Assembly (NCBI GenBank): GCA_054661495.1
Contig: BAAFSQ010000027.1
Span: forward strand, 30,001 to 62,000
From: Zygophlyctis sp. KS116
Taxonomy: Eukaryota; Fungi; Chytridiomycota
Direction of reading: 5' to 3'
DNA length: 32,000 bases
The translations under genes were made by a program, and so were the position numbers. Shown here piece after piece: positions 13,501 to 23,790 of the stretch (positions are counted from its first letter, which is position 1; every line of letters begins with the position of its first letter). Under the pieces are notes generated by a model. It was not told the DNA's origin. It saw nothing but the letters and a program-made list of their open reading frames with translations, and made no database searches.

Positions 13501-16192
13501 TTCCAGGCTTAAATTGTGGAGCATAATCTGGTACCAAATCAGGTAGTATGACATAGTTTAGAAGAGGCAGAGCTTCAAGAGGATTTTCTCCTGCTTTTGA
13601 TAAGGCTTGCTTTATTTCAGAGATGATATGTGAAATAAAATTAGGATCTGACGGCATTTCATCCCAGCTCTGATTTAAAAGCGGTGCTCTTTCCTCTGGG
13701 ACAGGATTCATATCATTTGAGAATCTTAAGTCGCTTTTTTTACCTTTGTTCTGCTGACCAAAAGCCCCTCTCAATGAGCTAAGAGATCCTACAGCGAACG
13801 AAGCTTGCTTGAAAAAGTTTTTGATTGGTTTTTCCATTTTATTGTTACTGGTTTGCACTTCCTTTTTTTGGCCTGAGGAATTAATTAAATCAAGAAGTTT
13901 GGGGATGATTGAAGTGAAAGGTTGCATCGGTGTAGAATAGCAATCGTTCTTTTTTTAACTAGTAATAAATTACCTCACTACAGCATCCGTGGACCACCAA
14001 AAACTCCATCTTTTCACAGTATCTTTTAAAATTCGACAATATCTTTGATTTTCCACTTCCTGGAGGTAAGAATAATATTATTACCTGGACTTCCTTTTAA
14101 TAAAATGGGGTTGGGCTTCCCATCCTCTAAGAAAGACTTGATGAGTGTTTGCCATTTTGAGCAAAGAGGATTTTTGTCTATATTTTCTAAAAATCCTATT
14201 TTTGAATCTTTTCCTGTAGATTTAAAATATGAAATCGAGTTCCAAACTTGCTTCGAAACTCCCACGAGCTCGTGTAGAATAACCGAAACATTTTTAGTAT
14301 TCATCTGGGGAAAGATATAAGCATTCGAACCCAGAAAAGCTTCATTTGAAATAAAAAAATCACATTCTGTTGCATCCAGGTAGCCTGTTACTGTATCGTC
14401 ATCAATTAGCAAAGTTTTTTTGCACATAGGCAATGCAGAAATTGCTCCGGCATCACTTATGCACTGTCCGATTGTTCTGAATTCCATCCTGTGTTTACTA
14501 GACAAAATTCCACGAAAGCATATGCCCTGTGTGACTGCGATGCTCAAATCGTGAACGATCCCATTTGCTATCAGCTTCTTTACCATGATAGCAATTTTTA
14601 TAATCCTTCTGTTAGCGGACCCCTACAATTAATTTTTTTTTCAATTACGGGTACATCTCCATCATATGTTACAAACGAAATAACAACAGAGCGGTCATAA
14701 TCTGTATTGATTTGGTATGTAAATGTATCATTTGCCCAAGTTATTTTCTGAATTGTAATTAATATCTCTTGTATTCTTTTGCAAATTTCGATAGAGGAAT
14801 AATAATGATCACCAAAATCACTTTGAGTTGCTAAGTTCCTAATTCTAACAGCCATTGTCGAACATTTCTCCCATTTTGACTCTAAATCTTCCTTCTTTAA
14901 CGTCTTTTCTTGCTTTTTCCTGAACAGCTGGAAGGTCTGATCACATAGATACGTTTCAATGACAGATGTGTATTTTTTATTCCCCGCGTCACAGTATAAT
15001 ATATGCTCGCTTATCCCTGATGTTAAAGAAATAAGAGAATCTGTATCCTTTCGTGGTACTGGATCAATTATAAATCCCTCATCAATCTTTCTACCATCAG
15101 TGAATGGTAGTCCACCTTCAGTTGTCATAGAATAAATTCTATTAGAAATAATAATAGATCCTATTCTGATGAGCCACTGTGAAATTTTACCTTGAGTAAC
15201 TTCACTTACTAGTATCTTTTGAGCCATTGTAAATGCAGTGCCAGCACATAAAGTATTACATTTGAGTCTTGTGACACCGAAATGAATATCAATGACTGAT
15301 CCATATGCGATTGAGCATCTGAGATCACACTTAATTTTTTGTTTTTCTCCAACATACTCTTCCAAAGCCCATGATTGCACCTGACCAGTCAGTAAAGAAC
15401 ATTTTTCACAGCAAATTATAGCATTTATCATTGCTAGAACATCTCTAGATTTATATGGATACTTATCTTCCACTTTTATACTTTCAAGAGAAACAGAACC
15501 GTTGAGATCTGAAGAATATTGATTTACAAGGCTAAAAAACGGAGCATCTACCATCATTGACCTTCGCTTCTTATTTAGCAATTTTAATTCTCTAGATCCC
15601 CACGAACTAGCGAAGGAGTCTTGTCGGTGAATCACCGGCGAATGGCTGGATTTCTCTTTCCCTCCGGGTTCATCCTCTTTTAATTTAGCATTCTTATTAT
15701 TATTCTTTAATCGCCAGAAAACAGTAATAAAATCATTTTTGATTCTAAGATTTAGTAGATAAATTTAACATACTTTACGATATCTCCATTAAATTCATGG
15801 ATTATATCATATATCTAACGATCAGCAATTCAACCTACCTTTCCAATGATAGCTTCCAATGATCTACTGATTGCTTCTGCTGGAACCTTATCCGCTAAAC
15901 TTTCCAGCATCTGCGTATATCCACAAACTTCAATTATGGCACATATCCCAACATTCTCTTCTGCATCCATTTTAGAGTCCATGGGCTCATCCAAATTAAG
16001 ATCGAATTCATCTATTGAAGAGAGAGCATTGAATGATGTGCTCTGATTGATCCTTGAAGAGATAGAACTAGTACTAAAAGAGTCGGTGGAATTATCTTTT
16101 TTCTCAAGATCTTGATCTCTGGTGTAAGTATTTTTGACTTGATTTGAGACAAAATTCGAAGGCTCAAGATCGCTAACAGATATATATTTCAT
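10551..16192 (-). CDS. ADCY10/soluble adenylyl cyclase-like STAND protein: two degenerate class III cyclase domains, P-loop NTPase, helical C-terminus; may carry a premature stop
   Basis: C1: GICAIIEVCGYTQMLE...GDIVKIKND.ITVFW. C2: SIAVTQGICFRG...RMEFRTIG. Walker A GSPGSGKS (spliced); Walker B LAFFLDDIQWMDSASW (spliced through microexons); QFNRLP..FQKLLKCASIIGRRFSIEEL. In-frame TGA at 12899-12901. Confidence 0.75.
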
Positions 16193-16197
16193 ATAAT

Positions 16198-17580
16198 TTA
16201 AGCTAGGCTGACGTCGCCTCCATTAGCGCATGACGACCTAAAATTATCAAAGAAACCGCTTCGGACAAGATTATGCAGAAGAAATCTATCTAATCGCTTA
16301 CTAGTGGCCATCTGGAATTCTGAAATATATGTCTCATCAATCGTTGCAGTCTTAATGATATGAAGGCGAAAGTAAACTTCTAACCAAGGCGTTGCATCGG
16401 AAAGCCATTCTATTATTAATCACTATCAGATCAATTACTTGCATTTGTAAATCCACAAACACTCAACTCCTTTCTTATTTGCTGCAAGTTCCATGTAAAT
16501 TCATTTGTTATACTATCTACCTCGATCATTTTAACATTTGAAAATTGTAACAACGGTCCAAAATTACACCATTCCTTTAAAGACTTGAAAGTATTTATCG
16601 CATCTTCTAAATGAAATGGAACTAATTCATGAGATTAATAAATCATACCATTCTTGAAATTCCTCTTATACTTTGATTCCTTGAAACAGTCTGCAAATCT
16701 ACCTGGGATCCAATTAAAGTTTGCCAACGAAAAATCATATAGAGTAGGTACAAGATCAATAGTTATGCAGTCTGTATAAAAGGAACAAGTAAGTTCAAAA
16801 AATCCGATGCATTGAACGATTGTGTCTTTGAATGCCTGTAACAAAAAATATTTCATTTCCTGAAGCCTTTCATTCCTGATTTTCAATAGATCATTCTGAA
16901 AATCATTGATCAATTCTAGAACTTCATTTAAAATTCTCATATTGTCTTTGGTTTTTGAAAGTAAAACAGAGTAAGCGTAATCAATGATTGTGCTGTAGAT
17001 CAATAGATCAATTTCAAAAATCCAAAGAGAGTTTTCTGATAAATTCTGATAATTCTTAACCTTTTCTTGACAAAAAATATAAGTCTAAAGATCATTTAAA
17101 TTTCTCTTACAGTTCTCATCTGTCCGATAATTAGATCTGGTTCTATATTTTGTATGAATATTCTATCTAGACATTGCTGAAAGATTTTGTATTTTTCTTG
17201 AGATAGCTTATTGCTGGGATAAAATAAATGACTGATTTCTTTTTTTAAACATAGTCCGATATAATGATACTTTGATTCTCCTCTTGACCCCAAGCGTCTA
17301 CTGCCAACTTGAGGAAAAGCCATTCTTATACATTTACCAAAAAGTCCTGTTGACGGAGAGAAATTATAATGCTCGACGCAATACTTTGCGACTAATTGTA
17401 AGCAGAGAAAGATTGCAATTTTCAAATCAAAAACTTACAATCTGTAAAGAGGATTTCTCTAGAGATCTTATGATCGGTAAGCTCATATAGATTATTCTGA
17501 ATCCTGCTAATAAGTTTTAATCTAAAGTACCATTTTAAAGTTATATCTTGTCTAATCTTCTTATCATCTGGTTCGGACAT
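16198..17580 (-). CDS. RFX-family winged-helix transcription factor, multi-exon
   Basis: Spliced DNA-binding domain TLKWIQNN...ISREILF.DFAKYC...FGKCIRMAFPQVGSRRLGSRGESKYHYIGL retains the RFX signature RRLG.RG.SKYHY. The 3' exons were reconstructed by hand to TAA at 16198-16200 and are less certain. Confidence 0.82.
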
Positions 17581-17624
17581 TTCAAGCGTCTGACGCAAAA
17601 AAAAAAAAAACGCTCAAATCGCAA
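17581..17624. promoter_or_regulatory. 44-bp bidirectional spacer between RFX and LTA4H start codons
   Basis: Divergent ATGs at 17580 and 17625. The spacer contains the palindrome GCGTC-T-GACGC (17586-17596) followed by an A14 tract (17597-17610). Confidence 0.55.
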
Positions 17625-19597
17625 ATGGATCCAAACTCTTTTGCTAATAGCCATGAAATTGCTGTAAAGCATATACACCTAATGTAAGATCTGAAATCCT
17701 TTTAATAAAAGACTTTATACTGATTTTGATCGCAAAATTTTGGAAGGATCTGTTCAACTTGATTGCAAAGTTTTAAAGGATCAAGTTAATACATTGGTTC
17801 TCGACTCGTCGTTTTTGGATATTAAATCGATCGCTAGTGAAGGATCGGATCTATCATATAAAATCGAAGAACGACATCCTATTTATGGATCAAAGATTAT
17901 TGTGAACTTGTCTAGAATGTTTAATCAGAATGAAATGGTAAAGATTACTGTTAAATATTCAACTACGGAAAAATGTACCGCTGTACAATGGTAATCTTAA
18001 GATCCGCAAAATTAACTCATAGGCTGAATTCAGAACAGACTGTTGGGAAAAAAGCTCCATATCTCTTTACTCAGTGTCAAGCGATACATGCCAGGAGTCT
18101 GCTTCCGTGTCAAGATACGCCCTCTGTTAAAATTACGTATACTGCTGAAATTACTGTACCAAGGTCATTAAAAGCTTTAATGAGTGCAATTCAAGTCTCT
18201 GAAAATGTAAATCAGAAGAATAATGTATACTTTTTTGATCAAAAGATTGCAATTCCTTCTTACCTGATTGCTTTAGCTGTAGGTAATCTAAAAGGAATCA
18301 AGGTTGGGCCAAGAAGTACAGTTTGGTCTGAGCCAGAAGTTGTAGAAGCTGCAGCATGGGAATTTCAAGATACTGAAGAGTTTATAAAAGTCGGTGAAAG
18401 TTTACTTACTCCCTATGTATGGGGAGTGTATGATTTACTATTATTACCTGCCTCATTTCCTTATGGTGGAATGGAGAATCCATGTATTTATATTAAAGAT
18501 TGATTTTACAGGCTTAACATTTGTTACACCAACTTTATTAGCTGGTGATAGATCTCTTGTAGATGTTGTAGCTCATGAGATTAGTCATTCTTGGATGGGA
18601 AATCTTGTGACCACACAAAACTGGGAACATTTTTGGCTTAATGAAGGATTTACTGTTTTTGTTGAAAGAAAAATTGCAGGAAGACTTCACGGACAAGAAA
18701 TGTTGGAATTTGATGCAATCATTGATCTTAAAGCATTAAAAGAATCCGTTCAACATTTTGAAGAAATCAATCGGCCTGAATTTAGTGTCTTGTGTCCGTC
18801 ATTAAAAGATCAAGATCCGGATGATGCGTAAATATCCTAGACTAAAATTAGATTTTCATCAGTCCCATACGAAAAAGGATTTAATCTTCTTTATTATTTG
18901 GAAAATATTCTTGGTGGTCCAAAAGTTTTTGAACCATATGTTAAAGCCCATGTTGAAAACTTTAGTCACAAGTCTATTACTACGAGTGATTTTAAAGATT
19001 TCTTGTTTAAATACTTTGAATCAAATCCTGAAAAAACCAATATTTTATCTAGTGTTGATTGGGAAACATGGTTCCATAAACCTGGAATGCCAATTATAGA
19101 CAATAATTTTGATGATTCTTTGGCAAAAACTTGTATTAAACTCTCTCAAGACTGGGATTCTAGTAGAGACTCTAAAGTGTATCCTACTAATAAGAAAGAT
19201 TTCCTTGATTTATCATCAAATCAAAAGATTATGTTTTTGGAAAAAATGTTACAAAAACCAGTTTTTCCTATTCATGTTTTAGAATCTATGAATTCTTTAT
19301 ATGAAATTTCTAAAATCTCAAATGCTGAAATCAAATTTAGATGGCAATGGCTCTGTTTGAATGCAAATTACTCTAAAATATTCCCAGATGTTGTATCTTT
19401 TGTATCTCAAGTTGGAAGAATGAAGGTATATTTTCAAGAATTCAAGTCTTTAGTTTGTCCGACCTCTGTACCGTGCTCTCTATAAGTGTGATCCTAACCT
19501 TTCCCAGAGTACTTTTAGGGACTATAGATATTTTTACCATCCGATATGTTCAGCCATGATAGCAAAGGATATAGGATTATCGCCTTCCATTTCGTAA
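17625..19597 (+). CDS. LTA4H: Leukotriene A4 hydrolase / M1 leucyl aminopeptidase (Lap2-like), 6 exons
   Basis: [33 protein letters not shown]-x18-E zinc motif (HEISHSW...WLNEGFT), FSSVPYEKG and GRMKFVRPLY. Introns 17684-17711, 17991-18022, 18484-18511, 18828-18851 and 19426-19453. Confidence 0.95.
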
Positions 19598-19690
19598 TCC
19601 AAAAAGTTGTTGATTTTGAACAAGTAAAAGATTGAAATTGGATTTTTGAATTTTCCACGATCACGTGATTGACCGTTCGAATTTCAATTA

Positions 19691-20981
19691 ATGGACATTC
19701 TCTCCAAACTCCTGCTTGAAGAGGCCGACAAGGGAGCGACTAGTATTAATCTGTCGGATAGAAATCTTAATACAATTCCAAGCCAAGTCTTTCGTTTAAA
19801 AACTTTAGAAAGAATCGGACTTTCTAATAATTCGTTGGCTTCTCTGCCGAGGGAATTCTCATCATTAACAAATCTAAAATACATAAATCTCAAAGGAAAT
19901 TCATTGATGGAAATTCCAAATTGTTTATGTACGCTTCCGCATCTGGAAATTCTTGATATTTCAAGAAACAAGATTTCTAAATTGCCTGAAAGGCCAGGAT
20001 TCCTTTTAAAGTTAAGAATACTCAATCTGTCTAGGAATAAAATAATTCAGTTGCCATTATGGATGGGCAATATGAAGAATTTGGAATTATTGCAAATTTA
20101 TAAAAATCCTATAGAATGGCCTCCGTTGGAAATTTGGGATTGTCCTTCAACTGAACAGGATGCTCTTAATGAATGGTTAGTAAGTCTTAAAAATTATCTG
20201 AATGGATCTTCTCAAAACAAAACTGCTAAATCAGAACAAGTTATTCCAGTAGAGGAATTAAAGGAAATTCAAAAAAATGATCCAGAACAGATTCAGACAT
20301 TAATAGATATATTACAAGAATCTCTTAATATTCCTTGGACTTCATCAGTAAAGGTTTCTTTCAAGATTTTTCATGCTTGTAATATATTTTTATCAGTTCT
20401 AGATACGTTTTTTAGAACTTTTTTAGGACAGTCAAGATTAGAAACTGGAACTGTACAACAGCAAAATTTATCAAAATTACAAAATTCAACAATGGCATTA
20501 GCATACTGTATAATGGGATTAAATCCAATAGATTTAGCTAAAAATAGTTTGATAGAGGCTGTACATGATTTAAAAACATTTTTAAATTCAGATTCAGTAC
20601 CAAAAGAAAGAGCTGCTAGGTTTCATATGTTGGGATATTATTCAATGTCTAGTGATATAGGAAAAGGAATTTTAGATCTTTCAAATCCAGAGTTTAAACC
20701 AGATGCAAGATCTTATAAGCAAGAGATTATATCTCTAGGAAAATCACTACTTTTTTCTCTATCTGTGATTGAAACGCCCTCTGATGTATTTATAATTTTT
20801 CTAAAATTTATAGACTGTGGTTTTATTTGAAAAAACATTGGATTCTCTTCCAAAAACTAGTGATTTCGCTTCATTTACTGAAGTATTATTGAAATTAGTA
20901 AAGGAAATTGATGCAAAAGAAAATAGGGAGCTTTTAAAACAAGTTTATGAACTGATTCAAGTTATACAAACAGTTTTATAA
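19691..20981 (+). CDS. Leucine-rich-repeat protein, Sog2 (RAM network)-like; one intron near 20786-20813
   Basis: N-terminal LRRs (LERIGLSNNSL, LKYINLKGNSL, LEILDISRNKI, LRILNLSRNKI) capped by NPIEWPP, followed by a helical region, as in fungal Sog2. Orthology is not certain. Confidence 0.6.
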
Positions 20982-21092
20982 GTAATATATATCATACATT
21001 TACATTATATCTCTTAAACACGAAAAATTTTATACGAAAAATTTGCATTTTGCTTCGGACAAAAAACCTCTTTCAAATTTTCACTAGTAGAT

Positions 21093-22427
21093 ATGAGTTC
21101 AATTCTAAAAATGATGATAATGATGTTTTTAATCATACCATTGAATGCAATGCAATCGATGAATGCATTAAATGACATTGGATTCAGGGATGTTGTCTCC
21201 GTTTTTAATTTCTTGCCAAAACAACAATTTAGCCAATTAAGATTAAAGATTTATGATATTCTAAAAAACAGAAAATCTATAACTAGCAAAATTAACCCGA
21301 AATCAATATATACAGAGGCTGCATCAATAGTATCAGAAATTCAAAATGCATATGCAAGTGTTGTATCTTTTCAGTTACAGAAGCGGGATATTAAAAAGGA
21401 TCATCATGAGGAGACTGGTTTCTCGGGAATCCCACATAATGGAGATAAATCAAGAGCAACTAAACAATTATATGACGATAATCATATCAAAGTTTTGGGA
21501 TTATTTGATATATTTGACAATGAGGAAAAAGCTCAAGTTGAATCAGCTCTAAATCTGATCCGTGCTAATCATGACTTTGGTATATTTTGACCAATTTGAA
21601 TTAATATTAGACTCACATATAGCACTGATTAAAACCATTATCAATGAAGCTGCGGAAGGTATGTATCATTACTGTAAATAATAGTTGATCCCAAAAAGTC
21701 TGCAGATTATGCTAAACAGCTGGAAGAAATATCCAAGTCTGGATCGCAAGATTGGGCAAAACTGAAGACTGTAAAAAAGAAAGCGATTAATGCACTTCAT
21801 CCAGATAAAGCCCCTCCTGAAAAACAGCAGCTAGCAAATGAAATATTTAAGAAATATTCTGATATCATGAAAGAAACGAAACCAGGCGAGGGATTTTCTT
21901 ACGATCTAAAGTCATTTAATCAAATTGTAGACTTGATCAAGACTTATGAACGGGATGAAAAATCATGGTTTAAGAAATCAAACACTAAGAAATGGGAAAA
22001 ACTACAGCTAGAATTGAAAAATATTGGATATGATGGGTTCTTTAAGAAAGACTCATTGATTTTTAATCAAGTGATGAACGGGAAAAAGGTGTCTTTTAAC
22101 CAAAAGATCAACTATTTTGGAAGAAAGAGTTCGTTTTTAAATATTGTAGAAAAGGAATCTCAGATGATTGATCAGCTAATTCTTGAAAACTTGAAACGGC
22201 CTCATGTTTATAATAACATAAATTGGGTAAGATTGCAAGCTGCTTTAGAAAACCGCCAAGAGTATTTACTAAAAATAATTAAGACTGGTCAACCTAATGT
22301 TCACTCAGCAGAACGGCAGTTTCTTCGCCGGCAAGGACTTGGTACTATTATATTTGGAACATTATTCCTGGCTGTTTTAGCGCTGTTAAAAGGAACAAGA
22401 CAAGCGGAAAGTAATTTGATATCTTGA
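21093..22427 (+). CDS. Unknown secreted/membrane protein A: signal peptide, pro-region ending LQKR, HPDK motif, C-terminal hydrophobic segment (introns 21580-21610 and 21659-21684)
   Basis: Splicing joins ORFs 21093-21590 and 21867-22427 into one frame. Hydrophobic N-terminus, KKAINALHPDKAPPEKQQLANEIFKKY, and GTIIFGTLFLAVLALLK. Paralogous to 23791-25521. Confidence 0.75.
21153..21366 (+). repeat. 214-bp direct repeat, copy 1 (pro-region of protein A)
   Basis: Matches 23845-24058 with 4 mismatches by manual comparison. Confidence 0.92.
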
Positions 22428-22526
22428 TCTTAGCAATCTGAGGGAATCTGAATCTATAAATAAAAATAATAACTCATGGCGTACATATTTTAAAAAATAT
22501 GGTAAGCTTTGTACGAAATCTTGAAA

Positions 22527-23417
22527 ATGTCAAAACTCTGGATTAAATTTAAAACTTATAGTGCTGTTAAAGTCTCTATTGAAGACTGTCAAAATGTTGA
22601 TGATTTTCTCAAGGCCTGCAAGAAGGAGCTTTCTCAAAAGCTGAACTCTATTCCTACCAGTCGCCTCTGCCTCTCCACTACTGCTGATGGTCCCTCTCTT
22701 CGACCTGGTCTAAATCTCACTGATATTTGTTCTCAACCAGGCTATTTAGAAAATAATGATGAGAATCCTCTCTTCATCAGTGTCATAGACGAACTCACTG
22801 TTTCTCAAGGGAGCCGCACATCTTCCGAGTCCAATTTGAATGCTCCACATCCTAAAAGAAAGGAAAGATGGGGAAAGCTCAATGATATACTACGCACTAC
22901 TCCTTATTTCCAATCTACAAAAGCCATTCCAAAGGTTAAATTTGATTTCCTGTCTCAGTATCTCTCGGTTGCTACGAAATGCTTTGGGTCTCTTTCATCG
23001 TCTCATAGACTTCATCTGATTGCACCAATCATCATTTGTGTCTGCTCTCTTCTCGATGACGTTCAAATTCTAGTAGAGGAAGATTTGGATGGAAATTACC
23101 TGAAAGCTCATGGACATTTTGAATTTGTCTTGCGTCGCGGTGACAAAACTGTTTGCATCGTTGAAGCAAAAAGAGATGATATCAATCAGGGTATGGCACA
23201 GAATTTGCTTGGATGTGAAGTCGCAGCAGAGATTGATGATTTGCATTCAGTATATGGGATCGTTACCAACTATTTGCAGTGGAATTTCCTGCGTAGTCTT
23301 GATGAAAAGATTGAAATAGATGAGTGCTCTATAAGGATGTTGCCTGGAGGCAGACCCACTAGTGACTCTCTTGTTGAAATCACTGGTAAAATCTATGCAA
23401 TGTTGTCTGATGAATAA
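22527..23417 (+). CDS. Crinkler (CRN)-type protein: N-terminal ubiquitin-like header and C-terminal PD-(D/E)xK restriction-endonuclease-like domain; intronless
   Basis: N-terminus MSKLWIKF...VKVSIEDCQNVDDFLKACKKEL...LRPG...NNDENPLFISV. C-terminus EEDLDG...GHFEFVL...CIVEAK.DD..QGMAQ...VYGIVTNY.QWNFL, typical of CRN REase domains in chytrids, Glomeromycota and oomycetes. Confidence 0.82.
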   Translation: MSKLWIKFKTYSAVKVSIEDCQNVDDFLKACKKELSQKLNSIPTSRLCLSTTADGPSLRPGLNLTDICSQPGYLENNDENPLFISVIDELTVSQGSRTSSESNLNAPHPKRKERWGKLNDILRTTPYFQSTKAIPKVKFDFLSQYLSVATKCFGSLSSSHRLHLIAPIIICVCSLLDDVQILVEEDLDGNYLKAHGHFEFVLRRGDKTVCIVEAKRDDINQGMAQNLLGCEVAAEIDDLHSVYGIVTNYLQWNFLRSLDEKIEIDECSIRMLPGGRPTSDSLVEITGKIYAMLSDE

Positions 23418-23790
23418 AATAAAAGTGTGTTTGTTTTTTTAAGAAATTGTATTTGTAAATTAGGCAACTAAAACTCTTATGCACTCTCTGCAATCACATG
23501 GGAGTCCTGATCATAATTTGCAAGAATTTCAAGATGACAAATGCCAAAGTATTCTCGCAATTAATTGTTAAGATATAGATATTTCCAGTTTCTTGACTTT
23601 TCAGCAACTTATCCACATTGACGCCAAAGATTAAGGGGTCAGTGCAATGAATTAAACGTGATCGTTCGAGTGGAATATGATAGAATATCTTTTACGATTC
23701 CATATGTTATCTTTTACTGATCTTAATTTCATCTTGTCCGGACACTGCGAGCAAAAAAAATTCGCAAAAGCAAATTTTTCTATACTTTAC

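Noticed and set aside
22499-22526. ATG followed by GTAAGC as a 3-nt first exon of the CRN gene
   Set aside because: No nearby AG acceptor restores the CRN frame, and ATG 22527 already gives a typical CRN start.
23494-23646. Short minus-strand open frame (..IFGVNVDKLLKSQE..) as a gene remnant; also the upstream extension of the ORF from 23677
   Set aside because: Too short, with no convincing family match by eye. The signal-peptide-like start at 23791 is preferred for protein B.
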